DNA of 64,000 bases. Source: Longimicrobiales bacterium. GTDB taxonomy: Bacteria > Gemmatimonadota > Gemmatimonadetes > Longimicrobiales > Gaopeijiaceae. Positions 45,801-57,498 of this stretch are shown here, piece after piece. The DNA is taken from positions 1,024,001-1,088,000 of the forward strand of contig CBDCNQ010000005.1 of the NCBI GenBank assembly GCA_965219445.1. The letters run 5' to 3'. The position numbers and the translations under genes were made by a program. Position 1 is the stretch's first letter. Every line of letters starts with the position of its first letter. Under the pieces are notes generated by a model. It was not told where the DNA came from, searched no databases, and saw nothing but the letters and a program-made list of their open reading frames with translations.

Positions 45801-48800
45801 CCTCGGCGACCGGACGGCGCTGGCCTCCAACGTCGCCAGCGCCGCCGCCTTCGACACCGCGGATACCACCCCGCCAACGTTTGTGTATGACGACCCGACT
45901 ACCGAAGTAGTGCTCAGCGGCTATCAGGTCGCCTTAGCATTCAACGAGGTGCTCGACGGCCGTGCCGGCCGCCTGCCTCTCGCCAGCGCCTTCACCGTGA
46001 CCGCCGACGGCAGCACGGTCACGGTGACCGAGGCGCTGGTAGTCGCACAGTCCGTCCGCCTGGTCCTGGACGGGGTGATCACGTACCGGCAAACCGTCAC
46101 GGTGAGCTACGGGGATCCCACGCCCGGCGACGATGAGGCGGCCATCCAGGATTATGCCGGCAACGACGCGGCATCCTTCACGGATCAAGCCATAACCAAT
46201 ATCTCCGACCTCTGGCAGGGGCCGACGAACCTGCGGGCGACTAGGAGAAACCTGAACGAGACCGACCTGTCGTGGCAGGCGCCGGCGGACTTCGAGCCCG
46301 AGAGTTACCGGGTCGAGGGCAACAACAACGCCCCCAATACCTGGACCACCCTGGTCGCCGGGGTGGATGATCCCACCGACACCGTCTTTTCCCATTACGA
46401 CCAGTTCCCCGACCCGACCCTTCCGTACCGCTACCGGGTCTGGGCGGTTTCGAGCACCGTCGAGTCCGTCGTGTCGAACACGGCGGCCGCAGGCCCGGAC
46501 CGAGTGCCCCCGGTCCTTGTCCCGGAGCACCGGGATACCTCGGTGCTCAGCGACGGCACAGCCATCACGCTCAAGTTCGACGAAATCCTGGTGGACGGCC
46601 CCCCGTGGAGCGCCTTTACGGTGACGGTGGACGGCATCCCGGTTCAGCAGGGCCGCGTCACAACCGGGCAAGAGCAGATCCGGCTGACGGGCTTCGAATC
46701 GCCGATCGGGGGCGGTCGGGTCGTGAGGGTCAGCTACCGCGATCCCACACCCGGCGACGACCCGGCGGCCATCCAGGACGCCGCCGGCAACGACGCCGCG
46801 TCCTTCACCGACGTGGTGGTCAAGAACAGTTCCCGGGTGCTGCCGGCGCCGACGAACCTGAGGGCGACGGGGATCGACGATACGCGGATCGGGCTCGCCT
46901 GGAACGCGCCGGACCTGTCCGGGCTCGTCTGGCCGGAGCATCTCCCCGGGGCCGGTATCCACGGCTACAAGATCGAAGCGTCCACCGATGGCGGCACGAC
47001 CTGGACCACCCTGGTGCTCACCGACAACCGGGCTACCAGCTACGTCCACACCGGCCTGGCGCACGGCGCTGTCCGGCACTACCGGGTCTCGGCGATCAAC
47101 GCGTTCGTTTTTGCGGGCCTGCCGTCAAACGTCGCCGGCGCCATCTCCTCGGATACCCAGCCGCCGTCCCTCAAGAGCGCCGCCACGAACCAGGACGGCA
47201 CCGAGGTCAACCTCACATTCACCGAAGCCGTCAGAACCGGATCCGGTTTCGGCCCCCCCGCGAGCGCCTTCACTGTCACGGCGGACGGCACGCCCACGAC
47301 CGTGGGCACCGTCACCAGCGGGTCTACGAGCGTCCTTCTGAGGGGCTTGGGTTTGGTGATCAGGCAAGGCCAGACGGTCACGGCGAGCTACCGCGATCCC
47401 ACGCCGGGCGACGACCAGGCCGCACTCCAGGATGACGCCCTCAACGACGTGGCGTCCTTTACCGACCGGCCGGTCACGAATCAGTCCACGGTGGCGCCCA
47501 CGGCGCCGGGCGCGCCGGCCAACCTCAAGGCGCGGGCCAGGGGCGACACGCGGATCGACCTGTCCTGGGACGCGCCGGGGGACACCGGAGGCCGCGCGAT
47601 CGACGGCTACAAGATCGAAGTGTCGTCCGACAACGGCAACACGTGGACGGACCGGACCGCGAACACCGGATCGGCCGACACCGCCTACTCCCACACCAGC
47701 CTTACGTCAGGCTCGACGCGGCACTACCGGGTCTCGGCGATCAACGCGGTGGGCACGGGCGCGGTCTCGAACGTCGCCAACGCCACCGCGGGGTCGGGTC
47801 CGGCGACGCCGGAGAGCGTGTCGGCGACGGGGGCGTACGCGCGCGTCGGTGTGACCTGGGACGCGGTCACCGGGGCGACCGGCTACACGGTGCAGTGGAA
47901 ATCCGGAGAGGAGTCGTTCTCGAGTGCCCGCGAGACTGCGGTGACGACCAACAGTGCGACGGTGTCCCCGCTCGCCAACGGGGCGGCCTTCATGGTGCGG
48001 GTGAGTGCCAGCAACACCGCGGGTGATAGCGAGTGGTCGGGGGCGGTCACGGCCGCGACCCCGGTCCTGGCGGCGCCGGCGAATGTCGTGGCGACCCGCG
48101 GCGACGGGCGCCTGGACGTGAGCTGGGACGCGGTCGAGGGAGCGGAGCGGTACAAGGTGCAGTGGACGTCGGGCGGGCGGGCGTTTGCGGACTCCCGCGA
48201 GATCACGGCGGAGACGAACGCGGCGACGGTGCCCGATCTCGCGAACGGCACGACGTATACGCTGCGGGTGCGGGCGGCCAACGCCGGTGGCGAGAGCGAC
48301 TGGTCGGCCACGGAAACGGGCACGCCGCAGGTGCCGGCGCCCGAGACCCCGGAGAAGCTGAAGGTGACGGCGGGCGACACCAACCTGGCGGTGACCTGGG
48401 ACGCGGTGCCGGTCGCGGCGGAGTACACCGTGCAGTGGAAATCCGGGACTGAAGAGTTCGATTCCGAGCGGCAACTGACGGTGACGGTGAACACCGCGAC
48501 GGTGCCCGGGCTGGTCAACGGAACCACCTACACGCTGCGGGTGCAGGCGGCCAACGCGGGCGGTGAGAGCGGCTGGTCGGAGACGGCCACCGGCACGCCG
48601 ACGCCGCTCGGGGTGCCGGGGAACATGGAGGTGACGGCCTGGGACGGGCGCGTGGCGGTGTGCTTCGACGAGGTCGTGGGTGCGACCGAGTACACGGTCC
48701 AGTGGCGGACGGACGCGGAGGCGTACAGCGAGGACCGGCAGAAGACCGTGTTCGAGACCTCCGAGACGATGGACTGCGGCGAGGGGCGGCTGAGCACGAC

Positions 48801-51800
48801 CGTCCACCGGCTGGCCAACGAGACGCCGCACTGGTTCCGGGTGCGGGCGAGCAACTCCTGGTGGGACGAGGGAATCAAGCGCAAGGACAGCCTCTGGTCG
48901 GTCGAGGTGACGGCCACGCCGACGGCGACGCCGGCGGCGCCAGCCAATCTGGTGGTCACGCCGGGCGACGGGCGCCTGGACGTGAGCTGGGACGCGGTCG
49001 AGGGCGCGGACAGCTACACGGTCGAGTGGCGGCAGTCGGGGACGGTGCGGGAGCAGGAGGAGACGACCCACGCCGCAGCCCTCACCGGCCTGGTCAACGG
49101 AACGACGTACTCGCTGCGGGTGAAGGCGGCCAACGAGGTGGGCGAGGGTCCCTGGTCGGTGTCGGCGAGGGGCAGGCCGGACCCGCTGGGGCACCCGCCG
49201 GAGGTGTCGATCACGCTCGGTGCGGGGCCGCCGGTGGACGGCGCGTTTGCTGTGAAGGTGACGTTCTCGGAGGCGGTGCGCGGCTTCGAGGACGGCGATC
49301 TGACGGCGGGCTATGTCGGCGGTCCCGGCGTGTTGGTGCGCGGCTTCGACGAGGAGCAGACGGGGCTGGTCTATAGCGCGATGGTGCCGGCGCCGCAGCC
49401 GGGAAAGCTGGTCATCTCGGTGGGTCCGGGAAAGGCCGCCGCGGTCTCCGACTCGCAGGGGAACGCGCTCGGCGCCCTCGTGGTCGAGGTCGGCGACTCG
49501 GGCAATCCGGTGGCGGTGTCCGGGCCAGTGGTGACGGGGGTGTTGATGTCGACGCAATCCGGGAGCGGGAGGCAGGACGGATTCGGCACGCGATCGGTGG
49601 CGGCAAGGGGCAGCTCGGGGTCGGGTAGCTCGGTGCGGGTGACGGTGACGTTCAGCGAGCCGGTGACGGTGGACCTCTCGGGCGGAACGCCGACGATCGG
49701 CCTGATGCTGGGCGGGGGGACAAGAAAGACACCCTACGCGGGCGGCACGGAGACGGAGACGTTGCTTTTCGTCTACACGCTGACCGGGGAAGACGGGAGC
49801 GTGACCGGTGGGTCGGTGACACAGAACAGTCTCACGCTAAACGGAGGGACCATCCGGAGCTGGTCGGGAGAGGACGCGGACCTGGGGCACCCGAGTGCAG
49901 CGCTGGGTGATGCGGGTAGTGGAGAGCTCCCGGCTCTGACGGCCCGCTTCGAGGCGGCACCGGAGGCGCATGACGGCGCGGGCACGTTCACGGTCCGGCT
50001 CGTGTTCAGCGAGCCGGTCGCGATCAGCTACCAGACGCTGCGCGACGAGTCCTTGTCGGCGGCGGGAGGCTCGGTCGAGGGCGCCCGGCGCGTGGATGGG
50101 CGCAGCGATCTGTGGGAGATCACCCTCAAACCGGCCTCGGACGAGCCGGTGACGCTCACGCTCGCGGCGGGGCGTGCCTGCGATACAGCGGGTGCGGTCT
50201 GCACGGCGGACGGACGGCGGCTGTCGAATGAGGCGGTGCTGACTGTGCCCGGCCCGGCAGGAGACGGTCCGGAACTGACGGCGCAGTTCGAGAACGTGCC
50301 GGAGGCCCATGACGGCCAGAGCGCCTTCAGCTTCCAAGTGGCCTTCAGCGAGGACATCGGAATCAGCTACCAGGCGTTGCGCGACGAATCGTTCACGGTG
50401 ACCGGAGGCACCATCACGCGGGCGCGGCGGATCGATGGCCGCCACGACCTGTGGGAGATCGGGGTTGAGCCGGCCGGGCGCGAGGCCGTGACGATCACGC
50501 TCCCTGGCGGGCGTGCGTGCGGGACGGCCGGGGCCGTCTGTACCCGCGGGGACAGCCCGCGGCCGCTCGGCAACAGCCCCTCGTCCACCGTGGAGGGCCC
50601 GGCGAGGGAACTGCTGACGGCCGAGTTTGAGAATGTGCCGGACGAGCACACCGGCGACGACTTCGCGTTCGGGCTGACATTCAGCGAGGAACTCGACAAG
50701 GACTTCAGCTACCAAACGTTGCGCGACGAGGCGTTCGCGGTGACGGGCGGCACGGTGCGCGGGGCCAAACGCCGGGAGCAGGGGAGCAACCTGGGCTGGA
50801 CGATCACGGTCGAGCCGGACTCCGACGGCGTGGTGACACTCCGGCTGCCGGAGACGACCGACTGTGGTGCAAGCGGCGCGGTCTGCACCGGCGACGGCCG
50901 GCCGTTATCCACTTCGCTCTCGGCGACGGTCGCCGGGCTGGTGGGGATCTCGGTGGCCGATGCCCGCGTGGAGGAAGGCGCGGGCGCGGTGCTGGCCTTC
51001 GCGGTGACGCTCGAGCGGGCGGCGGGCGGGGCGGTGACGGTCGACTACGCCACGTCGGACGGCACGGCTCAGGCGGGCGTGGACTACACGGCCACGAGCG
51101 GCACGCTCACGTTCGATGCGGGCGACACGGAGAAGACAGTCGAGGTCCCGGTGCTCGACGACTCGCACGACGAGGGCGACGAAGCGCTGACGCTCCGGCT
51201 GTCGAACGCGTCGGGCGGCCGGCTGGCCGACGCGGAGGCGACCGGGACGATCGAGAACACCGATCCGCTGCCACGCGCGCTCTTGGCTCGGTTCGGCCGG
51301 GCGACGGCGCTCCACGTGATGGAACAGGTCGAGGAGCGGCTGGAGGCGCCCAGGGCTCCGGGCCTGCGGGGCCGGTTCGCGGGCCGTGAGCTCCGGCGCG
51401 GGATGGAGCGGGAGATGGGACGCAACTTCCTGAGCCGGCTCGAGTCCACGGCGGTTCAGGGCGCCCGGGACACGACGGGCGTCCAGCCCGATCTGGGCGG
51501 CGCCGAACTTCTGCGGATGGGTCTCGGCGGCGGGGACCTGCTGATGGGCTCGGGGTTCGTGTTGAACCGCGAGACGGGCCAGGGCGCGAGCGTGTCGCTC
51601 TGGAGCCGTGGGATGGAGTCGCGGTTCAGCGGCCGGGACGGCGAGCTGTCGCTCGACGGCGGGGTCCGGACGACGATGTTCGGCGCGGACTACGCAAAGG
51701 GACCGCTGATGGCGGGGCTGATGCTCTCGCACCGCCGAGGCCTGGGCGGCTACCAGGGGGCCGATGTCGGCCAGGTGGCCTCGTCGGTCACGGGGCTGCA

Positions 51801-52743
51801 TCCGTGGGTGGGCTACAAGCTGACGGAGCGGGTCACGCTCTGGGGCGTGACCGGATACGGGAAGGGCTCGCTGAGCTTGACGCCGGGCGAGGCACTGTCT
51901 GTCCCAACGTCTTCTCTCACGTCCCCTGTCTCTCTCAACGGCGGCCTCTCGATGTCGATGCTGGCCGGCGGCGTGAGAGGCGACTTGGTGGATGCGGGTG
52001 TGGGCGGCTTCGGGCTGGCGTTCAAGGCGGATGCGCTGTGGGTGGGTACGGGCAGCGAGGCCGTGGACGGCCCGGCAGGCCGGTTGGCGGCGACCGAGGC
52101 CGTGGTGACGCGCGTGCGGACGGCGCTCGAGGCCTCGAGGGGCTACGTCGTCGGACACGGGATCGCGCTGCAGCCGAGCCTCGAGGTCGGGCTCAGGAAG
52201 GACGGCGGGGACGCGGAGACGGGCGCGGGCGCGGATGTCGCCGCAAGCCTGATCGCATCGGACCCGTGGACCGGACTGTCGGTCGACGTGCGCGTGCGGA
52301 CGCTGCTGGTGCATCAGGACGAAGGGTTCCGGGAACGGGGTGTGTCGGTGTCGTTCAGCTACGATCCGACGCCCTCGACGCCGCTGGGGTTTACGGCGCG
52401 GGTGGCGCCCTCATGGGGCGGGCAGGCGATGAGCGGTGCCGACGCGCTCTGGGGCCGCGATACGATGGCGGGGCTCGGGGCAGCAGGCCCGGGATCGGGC
52501 AACCGCCTCGATGGCGAGCTCGGCTACGCGCTGCCGGTCGGGAGCCGGCTCGTGGGGACGCCGAGGGTCGGCGTCACAACCTCCGAGTACGGGCGCGACT
52601 ACCGGCTGGGCTACAAACTGACCCTGTTGCAGGCCGGCGCCATGAACTTCGAGTTCGGCCTCGACGCCCAACGCCGCCAGAGCTTGCTGGGCCAGGGAGA
52701 CCCGGAGCACAGCCTGCACGGCCGCGTCACCGCGCGCTGGTAG
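42853..52743 (+). CDS. Giant autotransporter-like adhesin (FN3, SwmB-like repeats, Ig-like domains, Calx-beta, C-terminal beta-barrel)
   Basis: Signal peptide (AQA-Q); many FN3 modules (PTNLTAT..IDLSW..GYRIE..YRVSA); [22 protein letters not shown] repeats; Calx-beta [10 protein letters not shown]; barrel ends in W. Confidence 0.9.
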   Translation: MDRRPDRGRGRDSSRRRFARSLAALARRSAAGLLLLLVTLLTVPAQAQQAAVPGAPTDLTATAVGETTIDLAWTAPADNGGDAIIGYQIEVWVAGGMHWAVLKDDTESAGTDYAHTGLMDGRTRYYRVSAITSVGAGATSNVASATTTDMMAPQFSGNAGDTSVPVNGTDVLLQFDESLDRGAGRVPLASAFTVTADGVAIAVDGVHVEGSVVRLALDGVITRDQSVTVSYRDPTPGDDPAAIQDYAGNDAESFSDHTISNGRNKSVVLGAPTNLTATGVSATQIDLSWETPAGFTPTGYRIEVSTDGGTTWTDRVANTGSTATAYAHTGLTLGDTRHYRVSAIHFSNPALASNVASAAAFDTADTTAPAFLRNNGLTRVGSAGGALFLIYNEDLDDSAGRTPPASAFTVTADGSTVTVTEAQILGQLVRLLLDPVITIYQTVTVSYRDPTVGDDAAAIQDFAGNDAASFADHTITNNSLLLGAPTNLTATGVSATQIDLSWEAPAGFTPTGYRIEVSANGGTTWTDRVADTESTATAYSHTGLTLGDTRHYRVSAVLGDRTALASNVASAAAFDTADTTAPAFLRNNGLTRVGSAGGALFLIYNEDLDDSAGRTPPASAFTVTADGSTVTVTEAQILGQLVRLLLDPVITIYQTVTVSYRDPTVGDDAAAIQDFAGNDAASFADHTITNNSLLLGAPTNLTATAISATQIDLSWEAPAGFTPTGYRIEVSADGGTTWTDRVADTESTATAYSHTGLTLGDTRHYRVSAVLGDRTALASNVASAAAFDTADTTAPAFLRNNGLTRVGSAGGALFLIYNEDLDDSAGRTPPASAFTVTADGSTVTVTEAQILGQLVRLLLDPVITIYQTVTVSYRDPTVGDDAAAIQDFAGNDAASFADHTITNNSLLLGPPTNLTATAISATQIDLSWEAPAGFTPTGYRIEVSADGGTTWTDRVADTESTATAYSHTGLTLGDTRHYRVSAVLGDRTALASNVASAAAFDTADTTPPTFVYDDPTTEVVLSGYQVALAFNEVLDGRAGRLPLASAFTVTADGSTVTVTEALVVAQSVRLVLDGVITYRQTVTVSYGDPTPGDDEAAIQDYAGNDAASFTDQAITNISDLWQGPTNLRATRRNLNETDLSWQAPADFEPESYRVEGNNNAPNTWTTLVAGVDDPTDTVFSHYDQFPDPTLPYRYRVWAVSSTVESVVSNTAAAGPDRVPPVLVPEHRDTSVLSDGTAITLKFDEILVDGPPWSAFTVTVDGIPVQQGRVTTGQEQIRLTGFESPIGGGRVVRVSYRDPTPGDDPAAIQDAAGNDAASFTDVVVKNSSRVLPAPTNLRATGIDDTRIGLAWNAPDLSGLVWPEHLPGAGIHGYKIEASTDGGTTWTTLVLTDNRATSYVHTGLAHGAVRHYRVSAINAFVFAGLPSNVAGAISSDTQPPSLKSAATNQDGTEVNLTFTEAVRTGSGFGPPASAFTVTADGTPTTVGTVTSGSTSVLLRGLGLVIRQGQTVTASYRDPTPGDDQAALQDDALNDVASFTDRPVTNQSTVAPTAPGAPANLKARARGDTRIDLSWDAPGDTGGRAIDGYKIEVSSDNGNTWTDRTANTGSADTAYSHTSLTSGSTRHYRVSAINAVGTGAVSNVANATAGSGPATPESVSATGAYARVGVTWDAVTGATGYTVQWKSGEESFSSARETAVTTNSATVSPLANGAAFMVRVSASNTAGDSEWSGAVTAATPVLAAPANVVATRGDGRLDVSWDAVEGAERYKVQWTSGGRAFADSREITAETNAATVPDLANGTTYTLRVRAANAGGESDWSATETGTPQVPAPETPEKLKVTAGDTNLAVTWDAVPVAAEYTVQWKSGTEEFDSERQLTVTVNTATVPGLVNGTTYTLRVQAANAGGESGWSETATGTPTPLGVPGNMEVTAWDGRVAVCFDEVVGATEYTVQWRTDAEAYSEDRQKTVFETSETMDCGEGRLSTTVHRLANETPHWFRVRASNSWWDEGIKRKDSLWSVEVTATPTATPAAPANLVVTPGDGRLDVSWDAVEGADSYTVEWRQSGTVREQEETTHAAALTGLVNGTTYSLRVKAANEVGEGPWSVSARGRPDPLGHPPEVSITLGAGPPVDGAFAVKVTFSEAVRGFEDGDLTAGYVGGPGVLVRGFDEEQTGLVYSAMVPAPQPGKLVISVGPGKAAAVSDSQGNALGALVVEVGDSGNPVAVSGPVVTGVLMSTQSGSGRQDGFGTRSVAARGSSGSGSSVRVTVTFSEPVTVDLSGGTPTIGLMLGGGTRKTPYAGGTETETLLFVYTLTGEDGSVTGGSVTQNSLTLNGGTIRSWSGEDADLGHPSAALGDAGSGELPALTARFEAAPEAHDGAGTFTVRLVFSEPVAISYQTLRDESLSAAGGSVEGARRVDGRSDLWEITLKPASDEPVTLTLAAGRACDTAGAVCTADGRRLSNEAVLTVPGPAGDGPELTAQFENVPEAHDGQSAFSFQVAFSEDIGISYQALRDESFTVTGGTITRARRIDGRHDLWEIGVEPAGREAVTITLPGGRACGTAGAVCTRGDSPRPLGNSPSSTVEGPARELLTAEFENVPDEHTGDDFAFGLTFSEELDKDFSYQTLRDEAFAVTGGTVRGAKRREQGSNLGWTITVEPDSDGVVTLRLPETTDCGASGAVCTGDGRPLSTSLSATVAGLVGISVADARVEEGAGAVLAFAVTLERAAGGAVTVDYATSDGTAQAGVDYTATSGTLTFDAGDTEKTVEVPVLDDSHDEGDEALTLRLSNASGGRLADAEATGTIENTDPLPRALLARFGRATALHVMEQVEERLEAPRAPGLRGRFAGRELRRGMEREMGRNFLSRLESTAVQGARDTTGVQPDLGGAELLRMGLGGGDLLMGSGFVLNRETGQGASVSLWSRGMESRFSGRDGELSLDGGVRTTMFGADYAKGPLMAGLMLSHRRGLGGYQGADVGQVASSVTGLHPWVGYKLTERVTLWGVTGYGKGSLSLTPGEALSVPTSSLTSPVSLNGGLSMSMLAGGVRGDLVDAGVGGFGLAFKADALWVGTGSEAVDGPAGRLAATEAVVTRVRTALEASRGYVVGHGIALQPSLEVGLRKDGGDAETGAGADVAASLIASDPWTGLSVDVRVRTLLVHQDEGFRERGVSVSFSYDPTPSTPLGFTARVAPSWGGQAMSGADALWGRDTMAGLGAAGPGSGNRLDGELGYALPVGSRLVGTPRVGVTTSEYGRDYRLGYKLTLLQAGAMNFEFGLDAQRRQSLLGQGDPEHSLHGRVTARW
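43660..45870 (+). repeat. 639-bp intragenic tandem repeat (~3.5 copies; FN3 + SwmB-like unit, 213 aa)
   Basis: Matching text recurs at 43716/44355/44994/45633 (period 639). Confidence 0.95.
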
Positions 52744-53046
52744 ACGCCGACGGACCGGCAATCTGAAATGCGGCGCGGCCGGACCTCAGTCGCCAGCACG
52801 GCCGGGTACCGGTGCTTCATGATGTCGGATGCGTTGCAAGCCTGTGTCGAGGCCGAAGAGACGCGCCAAAATCGCTTACAAAAACCGCGGCGCGAGGCTC
52901 GCCGTACCCACACCACAACCCGTCTGCTGGCCGCGCTCGCGGGTCGGCTTGAGCAGCACCCTCCGAGGCGAGATCGGGTCGTGCTCGGCCGGACGCAGCC
53001 GTCGGGGTGCGGGTCTTCGCAGGCCGCGTCCCGACCGGCAGGCGCC

Positions 53047-53537
53047 ATGGAGACGCTGACGAAGCCGTTCCGATCGCGAGTGGCTGCGTCCCTCGAGCGC
53101 ACGGGCATGAGAACATCCACGCTCGGTCGGCAAGCGGTGGGCGATCCGATCCCGGTGCGTCAGCTCCGTCCTGGCCGATCCCCGAGGCTGGCGATGGCCT
53201 GCCAGGTCCCCGTGTTCATCGAAGCCTCCAGCCGGGCTCATGTGGCCCCTGTTCCCTCCCGGGGCAACGCGCCCCGCAATTCTTCACCGAACAGAACGGA
53301 GGCAGACCGATGACGAGAGCAATGGAACAGGGCATGGACGCGCCCGTGCGCGTCCTGCGGTTACCTCGAGTGCAGGCCCGCACCGGGCTGGCGCGGAGCA
53401 CGATCTATGTGCGGGTGGCCGACGGGAGCTTTCCCCAACCGATCCGGCTAGGCGCGCGCGCCGTCGGCTGGATCGAGTCCGAAGTGGATGCGTGGATCCG
53501 AGACCAGATCGCCGCGAGCCGTGGCAGTGCCGAGTGA
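53047..53537 (+). CDS. Second HTH/AlpA module (HTH part degenerate; AlpA 53310-53537)
   Basis: Paralogous to 27205-27696: LERTG..LGRQAVGDP; RVLRLPRVQARTGLARSTIY. Confidence 0.8.
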
Positions 53538-53878
53538 TCTGAGACGGAAATCATCTGACAGTTCGCCATGAGAGAGGACAGGGGCCATCGACAAACTGCC
53601 CTCCCGCAAGGTTCGCTCCTTCGCCGCCTCCGGGAACCTCCGCTACGGTCCACTGGATTCCCGTTCAGAAAGAGGGGTGTAATGAGGGGATAGTAGCCAG
53701 GCTATAAGCTCTATCTCTATTATTAACAATGCTTTATAATTATATCGGCACGGCTGATGGACGATTGGGCGGCCTATCTCGCGGGCGAAAGATAGACCTT
53801 GGCCCGCTGCTCCGGGCGGTGCCCGGAGAGGCGTTTCGGAGGCGTCCGCAGAGCTGGCTGAGAACACCTTACGGTGCC

Positions 53879-53940
53879 TAAGCCAGCCTACCCTTTGTGG
53901 GAACAAAGGGGCTGACGAGGGGCTCCGCCCCCTCGACCCC
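53879..53940 (+). other. ColE1-bom-like oriT motif, copy C
   Basis: TAAGCCAGCCTA-CCCTTTGT-GGGA-ACAAAGGG-GCTGACGAGGGGCTCCGCCCCCTCGACCCC. Confidence 0.55.
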
Positions 53941-54104
53941 GAAGAGGTCCCGCGCCGATGCGCGCAAGATCGCGGGCGACGGGTTCGCCGCGATGGCTAA
54001 TCGCCGCTTCGCCGACCGCCGCCGGACAGCCATGGGCGCGAACGGGGACGAGGTTCCGGAGGCGGCCCCCGCCCTCCGCCGCGCCGACACCGGCGCGGAA
54101 ACCA

Positions 54105-54172
54105 GGGGGTCCAAGGGGGGCGGAGCCTCCCCTTGCCAGACCGCGACGTTAAACGTTGCGTGGGCTGGCTTA
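54105..54172 (-). other. ColE1-bom-like oriT motif, copy D
   Basis: Minus strand TAAGCCAGCCCACGCAACGTTTAACGTCGCGGTCTGGCAAGGGGAGGCTCCGCCCCCCTTGGACCCC, 10 bp after the integrase stop. Confidence 0.6.
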
Positions 54173-54181
54173 CGCACCCTA

Positions 54182-55405
54182 CTAAGGGCGTGAGACAGCC
54201 CCCGGCGCGGAGGATCCCGGGTCGTCGGAATCGCTGGCCAATCGCTGCGTGACGTAGTCGCACCACGCCTGAAGGACTTCGGCGCGGCGCTCCAGCAGGT
54301 CGGATCGCTGATACGCCTGAACGACCTTGCTGCGCGGGACGTGGGCGAGGCAGGCTTCCGCGACCTCCGCCGGAACCCCGGACTCGGCCATCCACGACCG
54401 CGCGCTCGACCGGAACCCGTGCGGCGTCGAGGCCACACGGGCGCGGTGAAGCACCCGCCCCGGAGCGTTCACGACCAACGGCCCGCCCGACCTCGACGGG
54501 AACACCAGCGGCGACTCACCGGACAGCGCCCGCGCCCGTTCGAGCACATCGAGCGCGCCCGTGCTGAGCGGCACGGCGAACTCGCGGCCCGCCTTCATCC
54601 TCGAAGCGGGGATCGTCCACTTCGCCGCCTCCAGGTCGATCTCGTCCCAGCGCGCCCCGCGCGCCTCTCCACCCCGAACGGCGGTCAGCACGATCAGTTC
54701 CACACACAACGCAGCCGCCGAGGGCGCATCCCCCAACCGCCGGATCGCCCGGAGCGCCGCCCGGACCTCCTTGTCCGGAAGCGCGCGATAGTGCTCCGGC
54801 CCGGTGCCGTTCACCCTCGGCAGCGCCGCCACCGCCCGGTCCACCGGATTGTCCGGGCGGTAGTTCCGGCCGATGCACCAGCGAAAGACGGCGGAGATCC
54901 GGTGCCGGGCCTTCCGCCCGGCGGCGGGCTTCGAGTTCCAGATTGGTGTGAGGCAGCGGAGTACGTCCGCGCTCGTGATCCGGTCCGCAGGCTTGTCCAG
55001 CAGCGGGGCGGCATGCAGACGAAACGTCGACTCCCACTGCTCGGGAAGCGGGCTCCCAGCCTTCCACGCGTCGCGGTGAAGCTCGATGGTCCTTTCGGCG
55101 GCATCGGCGAACGTCGGGACGCCGCGTCCTCCGCGCGGGTCTTGGCCCAAGCGGACGCCCCGGCTGTTGTCCAGCACCTTCTGCCGGGCCTCGGCGAGCG
55201 TCACCTCGGGATACGGCCCGAGCCCGATCGAGGTGAGCCGTCCGTCGATCCTGACGCGTTGCCGCCACGTTTTCGTGATCCGGCCGCTAGCCGTCCGGTG
55301 GACCCGGAGACTCAGCCCCCGCCCGCCGCGTCCGTCGCCGTAGACTCCGGGTCGGCCGACCGTCCGAACGAACGCGGCGGTGAGTGTCCTCGGTCGCTTG
55401 GTCAT
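54182..55405 (-). CDS. P4-like tyrosine integrase, intact, at the island edge
   Basis: Arm domain (YGDGRGGRGLSL, SIGLGPYPEVTLAEAR); VRGGE, HGFR, LAH, QAY. Confidence 0.95.
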   Translation of the reverse strand: MTKRPRTLTAAFVRTVGRPGVYGDGRGGRGLSLRVHRTASGRITKTWRQRVRIDGRLTSIGLGPYPEVTLAEARQKVLDNSRGVRLGQDPRGGRGVPTFADAAERTIELHRDAWKAGSPLPEQWESTFRLHAAPLLDKPADRITSADVLRCLTPIWNSKPAAGRKARHRISAVFRWCIGRNYRPDNPVDRAVAALPRVNGTGPEHYRALPDKEVRAALRAIRRLGDAPSAAALCVELIVLTAVRGGEARGARWDEIDLEAAKWTIPASRMKAGREFAVPLSTGALDVLERARALSGESPLVFPSRSGGPLVVNAPGRVLHRARVASTPHGFRSSARSWMAESGVPAEVAEACLAHVPRSKVVQAYQRSDLLERRAEVLQAWCDYVTQRLASDSDDPGSSAPGAVSRP

Positions 55406-55583
55406 GGGCTTCCTTCTTTGGTGGTGTATCACTTTGTGCCGCACTACAGAAGGAAGAATACACCGGATGCCAATGGAACGCAAGAGACAGTTCTACCGGG
55501 TGCGTCACGCAAAAACCATTGCAATACAGGATGTTACGGGACTGCTAGTGGACTGTTGTGGACGGCCTCGGATGATGATGTCA

Positions 55584-55599
55584 GAGTTCAACTGAACTC
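55584..55599. other. Candidate att junction (island/pilN boundary)
   Basis: Inverted repeat GAGTTCA-AC-TGAACTC exactly where pilN stops; GTGGAC/GGACTG repeats nearby (~55539-55563) resemble arm sites. Confidence 0.5.
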
Positions 55600-56196
55600 A
55601 TACACCAACTGGCCCGTTGTCTCGAGGACCTGCTCCGTCTGAACAAGCTGCACGCTCCGGATGAAAGGGGACTCCTGCAGCTGCCTCCAGAACGTCGTGA
55701 GAGCGAGGTTATTCCCCGCTCTCCCTCGAACCTGGAATTCGACCTCCTGCCCCACCGAGACCTGTATGACCTGAGTCAACCACGTGTAATCGGGGAGGGC
55801 CCTCGACAACTCATCTAGGAGATGAGGCCAAACGTACCGAAGGGCGTCGATCTCCTGGATGATCGCCACCTTCTGCGCAATCGAGTCTCGCCGAGCTTCC
55901 AAGGTCGCATTGCGCTGGATGAGATCTGCGTAGTTGGCCGAGTCCTGGAGCGCGTCGGCCAGCGCCACCTGGGCGTCGCCCTGCCTGGACGAGAGTCCCA
56001 TATACCACCACCCAAGCGTGAGAAGGACCCCGAGCCCCACGACGGCCGCCGCGATGGTGTAGGAATCCGCGAGAAGGCTCCCCAGATCTGGCATCGACAG
56101 TTTTCCTAAGGCGGCACCGATGCCACCGCCACCACCGCCGCCACCCTTCGAGGGCCGCCTTTTCTTCCCGCCAGGCAGAAGATTGACTTCAATCAC
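55588..56196 (-). CDS. pilN: Type IV pilus PilN, probably C-terminally truncated by the island
   Basis: IEVNLLP start, TM, WPHLLDELSRALPDYTWLT; ends abruptly at YEFS with no pilO following. Confidence 0.85.
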   Translation of the reverse strand: MIEVNLLPGGKKRRPSKGGGGGGGGIGAALGKLSMPDLGSLLADSYTIAAAVVGLGVLLTLGWWYMGLSSRQGDAQVALADALQDSANYADLIQRNATLEARRDSIAQKVAIIQEIDALRYVWPHLLDELSRALPDYTWLTQVIQVSVGQEVEFQVRGRAGNNLALTTFWRQLQESPFIRSVQLVQTEQVLETTGQLVYEFS

Positions 56197-56217
56197 AGTA
56201 CCGTTCCTCGTCGTCGG

Positions 56218-57256
56218 CTAGACAGTCCGAAGGGCCAAACCGAGCGGAAGAAGGAGCATGGGCGCCGCTTCCTCCAGCACGACCGTCCCGGTGGCCCCAG
56301 GCTGGACCGGGACCTGTTCGAACGGGTTGACCATGTCCGTTTACAAGTTCGTACGATTCCCTAGAGCATCAGCCATGCCAGGAATGCGGGCGCCACCGCC
56401 ACTGAGGTAGATGCCCCCCAATCCTCCACCATCCTGACGGGTCATGAGGAAAGCCGACGCACGTTCGATGCCAACACCCACCTCATCGGCAGCGGAATCT
56501 ATGAGCGACGAGAGGTCGTCGAGCGTCTCCCGGCCCTGGACGACATCCTCAGCCTGCTCCGCCGTGAGCCCCCTCTCCCGCTGTAGGTCCTGACGCACCC
56601 TTCTCGACCCGAAGGGTATGTCACGCGTGAGAAGAGGGCTTCCGTCCTCGAGAATATTCACGTTTGTGGTCTCGTGCCCGATGTTGACCAGAGCCACGAT
56701 TCCCCTCATCGCCTCCGGATGGTTGTGGGCGAAAGCGTTGTGGAGTGCGAAGGCATCTACATCGATCGCAGCGGGAGAAAGCCCTGCGTCGAGTAGCAAG
56801 CTCACCTTGTGGTCCACAAGCTCCCGCTTGGCGGCCACAAGAAGAACCTGCATCTGCATGCCCTCCTCGAGGGGATCGAGAATTTGAAAATCCAACTCAA
56901 CGCTCTTGATGTCGAACGGAACGTGTTGCTCCGCTTCCCAGCGGATGACCTCGCGAGCGTCGGATTCCTTCATCCGGTCCATCTCGATCTTCTTGATGAT
57001 CACGTCGTGCCCTCCCACGGCCGTGACCACCGACTTTCCCTTCATCCCGATCTCTTGGAACACATCGCGAATGGTGTCGGAAACGAGGCCTGGGGTCCAT
57101 CACCTCGCCCTCCACGATTGCGTCGGCAACCAAAGGACGCATGGCGACCCCGCTGACCTCGGGCTGATCACCGGAATGATCGACGGCAACGACCTTCACA
57201 AAGCCGCTGCCGACGTCCAACCCTACCGACTCCTTACTGCGTCCGAAGAGGCCCAT
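56218..57256 (-). pseudogene. pilM: Type IV pilus PilM with a frameshift and an in-frame stop
   Basis: VGLDVGSGFVKV, EAEQHVPF, LSGGGA; frameshift near 57093; TAA at 56341-56343 is followed in frame by TDMVNPF...LGLALR. Confidence 0.9.
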
Positions 57257-57308
57257 TCAACGCTCGTCTTATCGGGACAGGAACATATTTTTATTGGAAT
57301 CTTAAATC

Positions 57309-57338
57309 ACGTTACCACTTAAATGTGAGCAGTGTCAA
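57309..57338 (-). promoter_or_regulatory. Putative sigma-70 promoter for pilMN
   Basis: TTGACA-N18-TAACGT with extended TGn, in an AT-rich intergenic region. Confidence 0.55.
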
Positions 57339-57498
57339 GACATTTTTGGGCACTACAAAAACGGATTATTGGTAAACATTTGAGTAGTGCCGCCCCTCGG
57401 CTTGCGGTGGTGATTTGCCGGAGATCAACGGGACTCGACGAGGATCCAGTCGGAAAAACAGTTCCGAACAGGAGTGCCTATGACCCGAGACGCAGACC

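Noticed and set aside
43660..45870. Diversity-generating retroelement TR/VR pair
   Set aside because: No reverse transcriptase in the window and differences are not adenine-specific; these are in-frame domain duplications
23898..53779. CTGATGGA..TGGGC...CTATCT at 23898 and 53754 as exact attL/attR of the ICE
   Set aside because: About 21/26 identity with codon-like differences; better explained as paralogous integrase tips
55406..55600. tRNA/tmRNA target beside the edge integrase (also checked 23930-24050)
   Set aside because: No cloverleaf or T-arm plus CCA 3' end visible by eye; the junction falls in pilN
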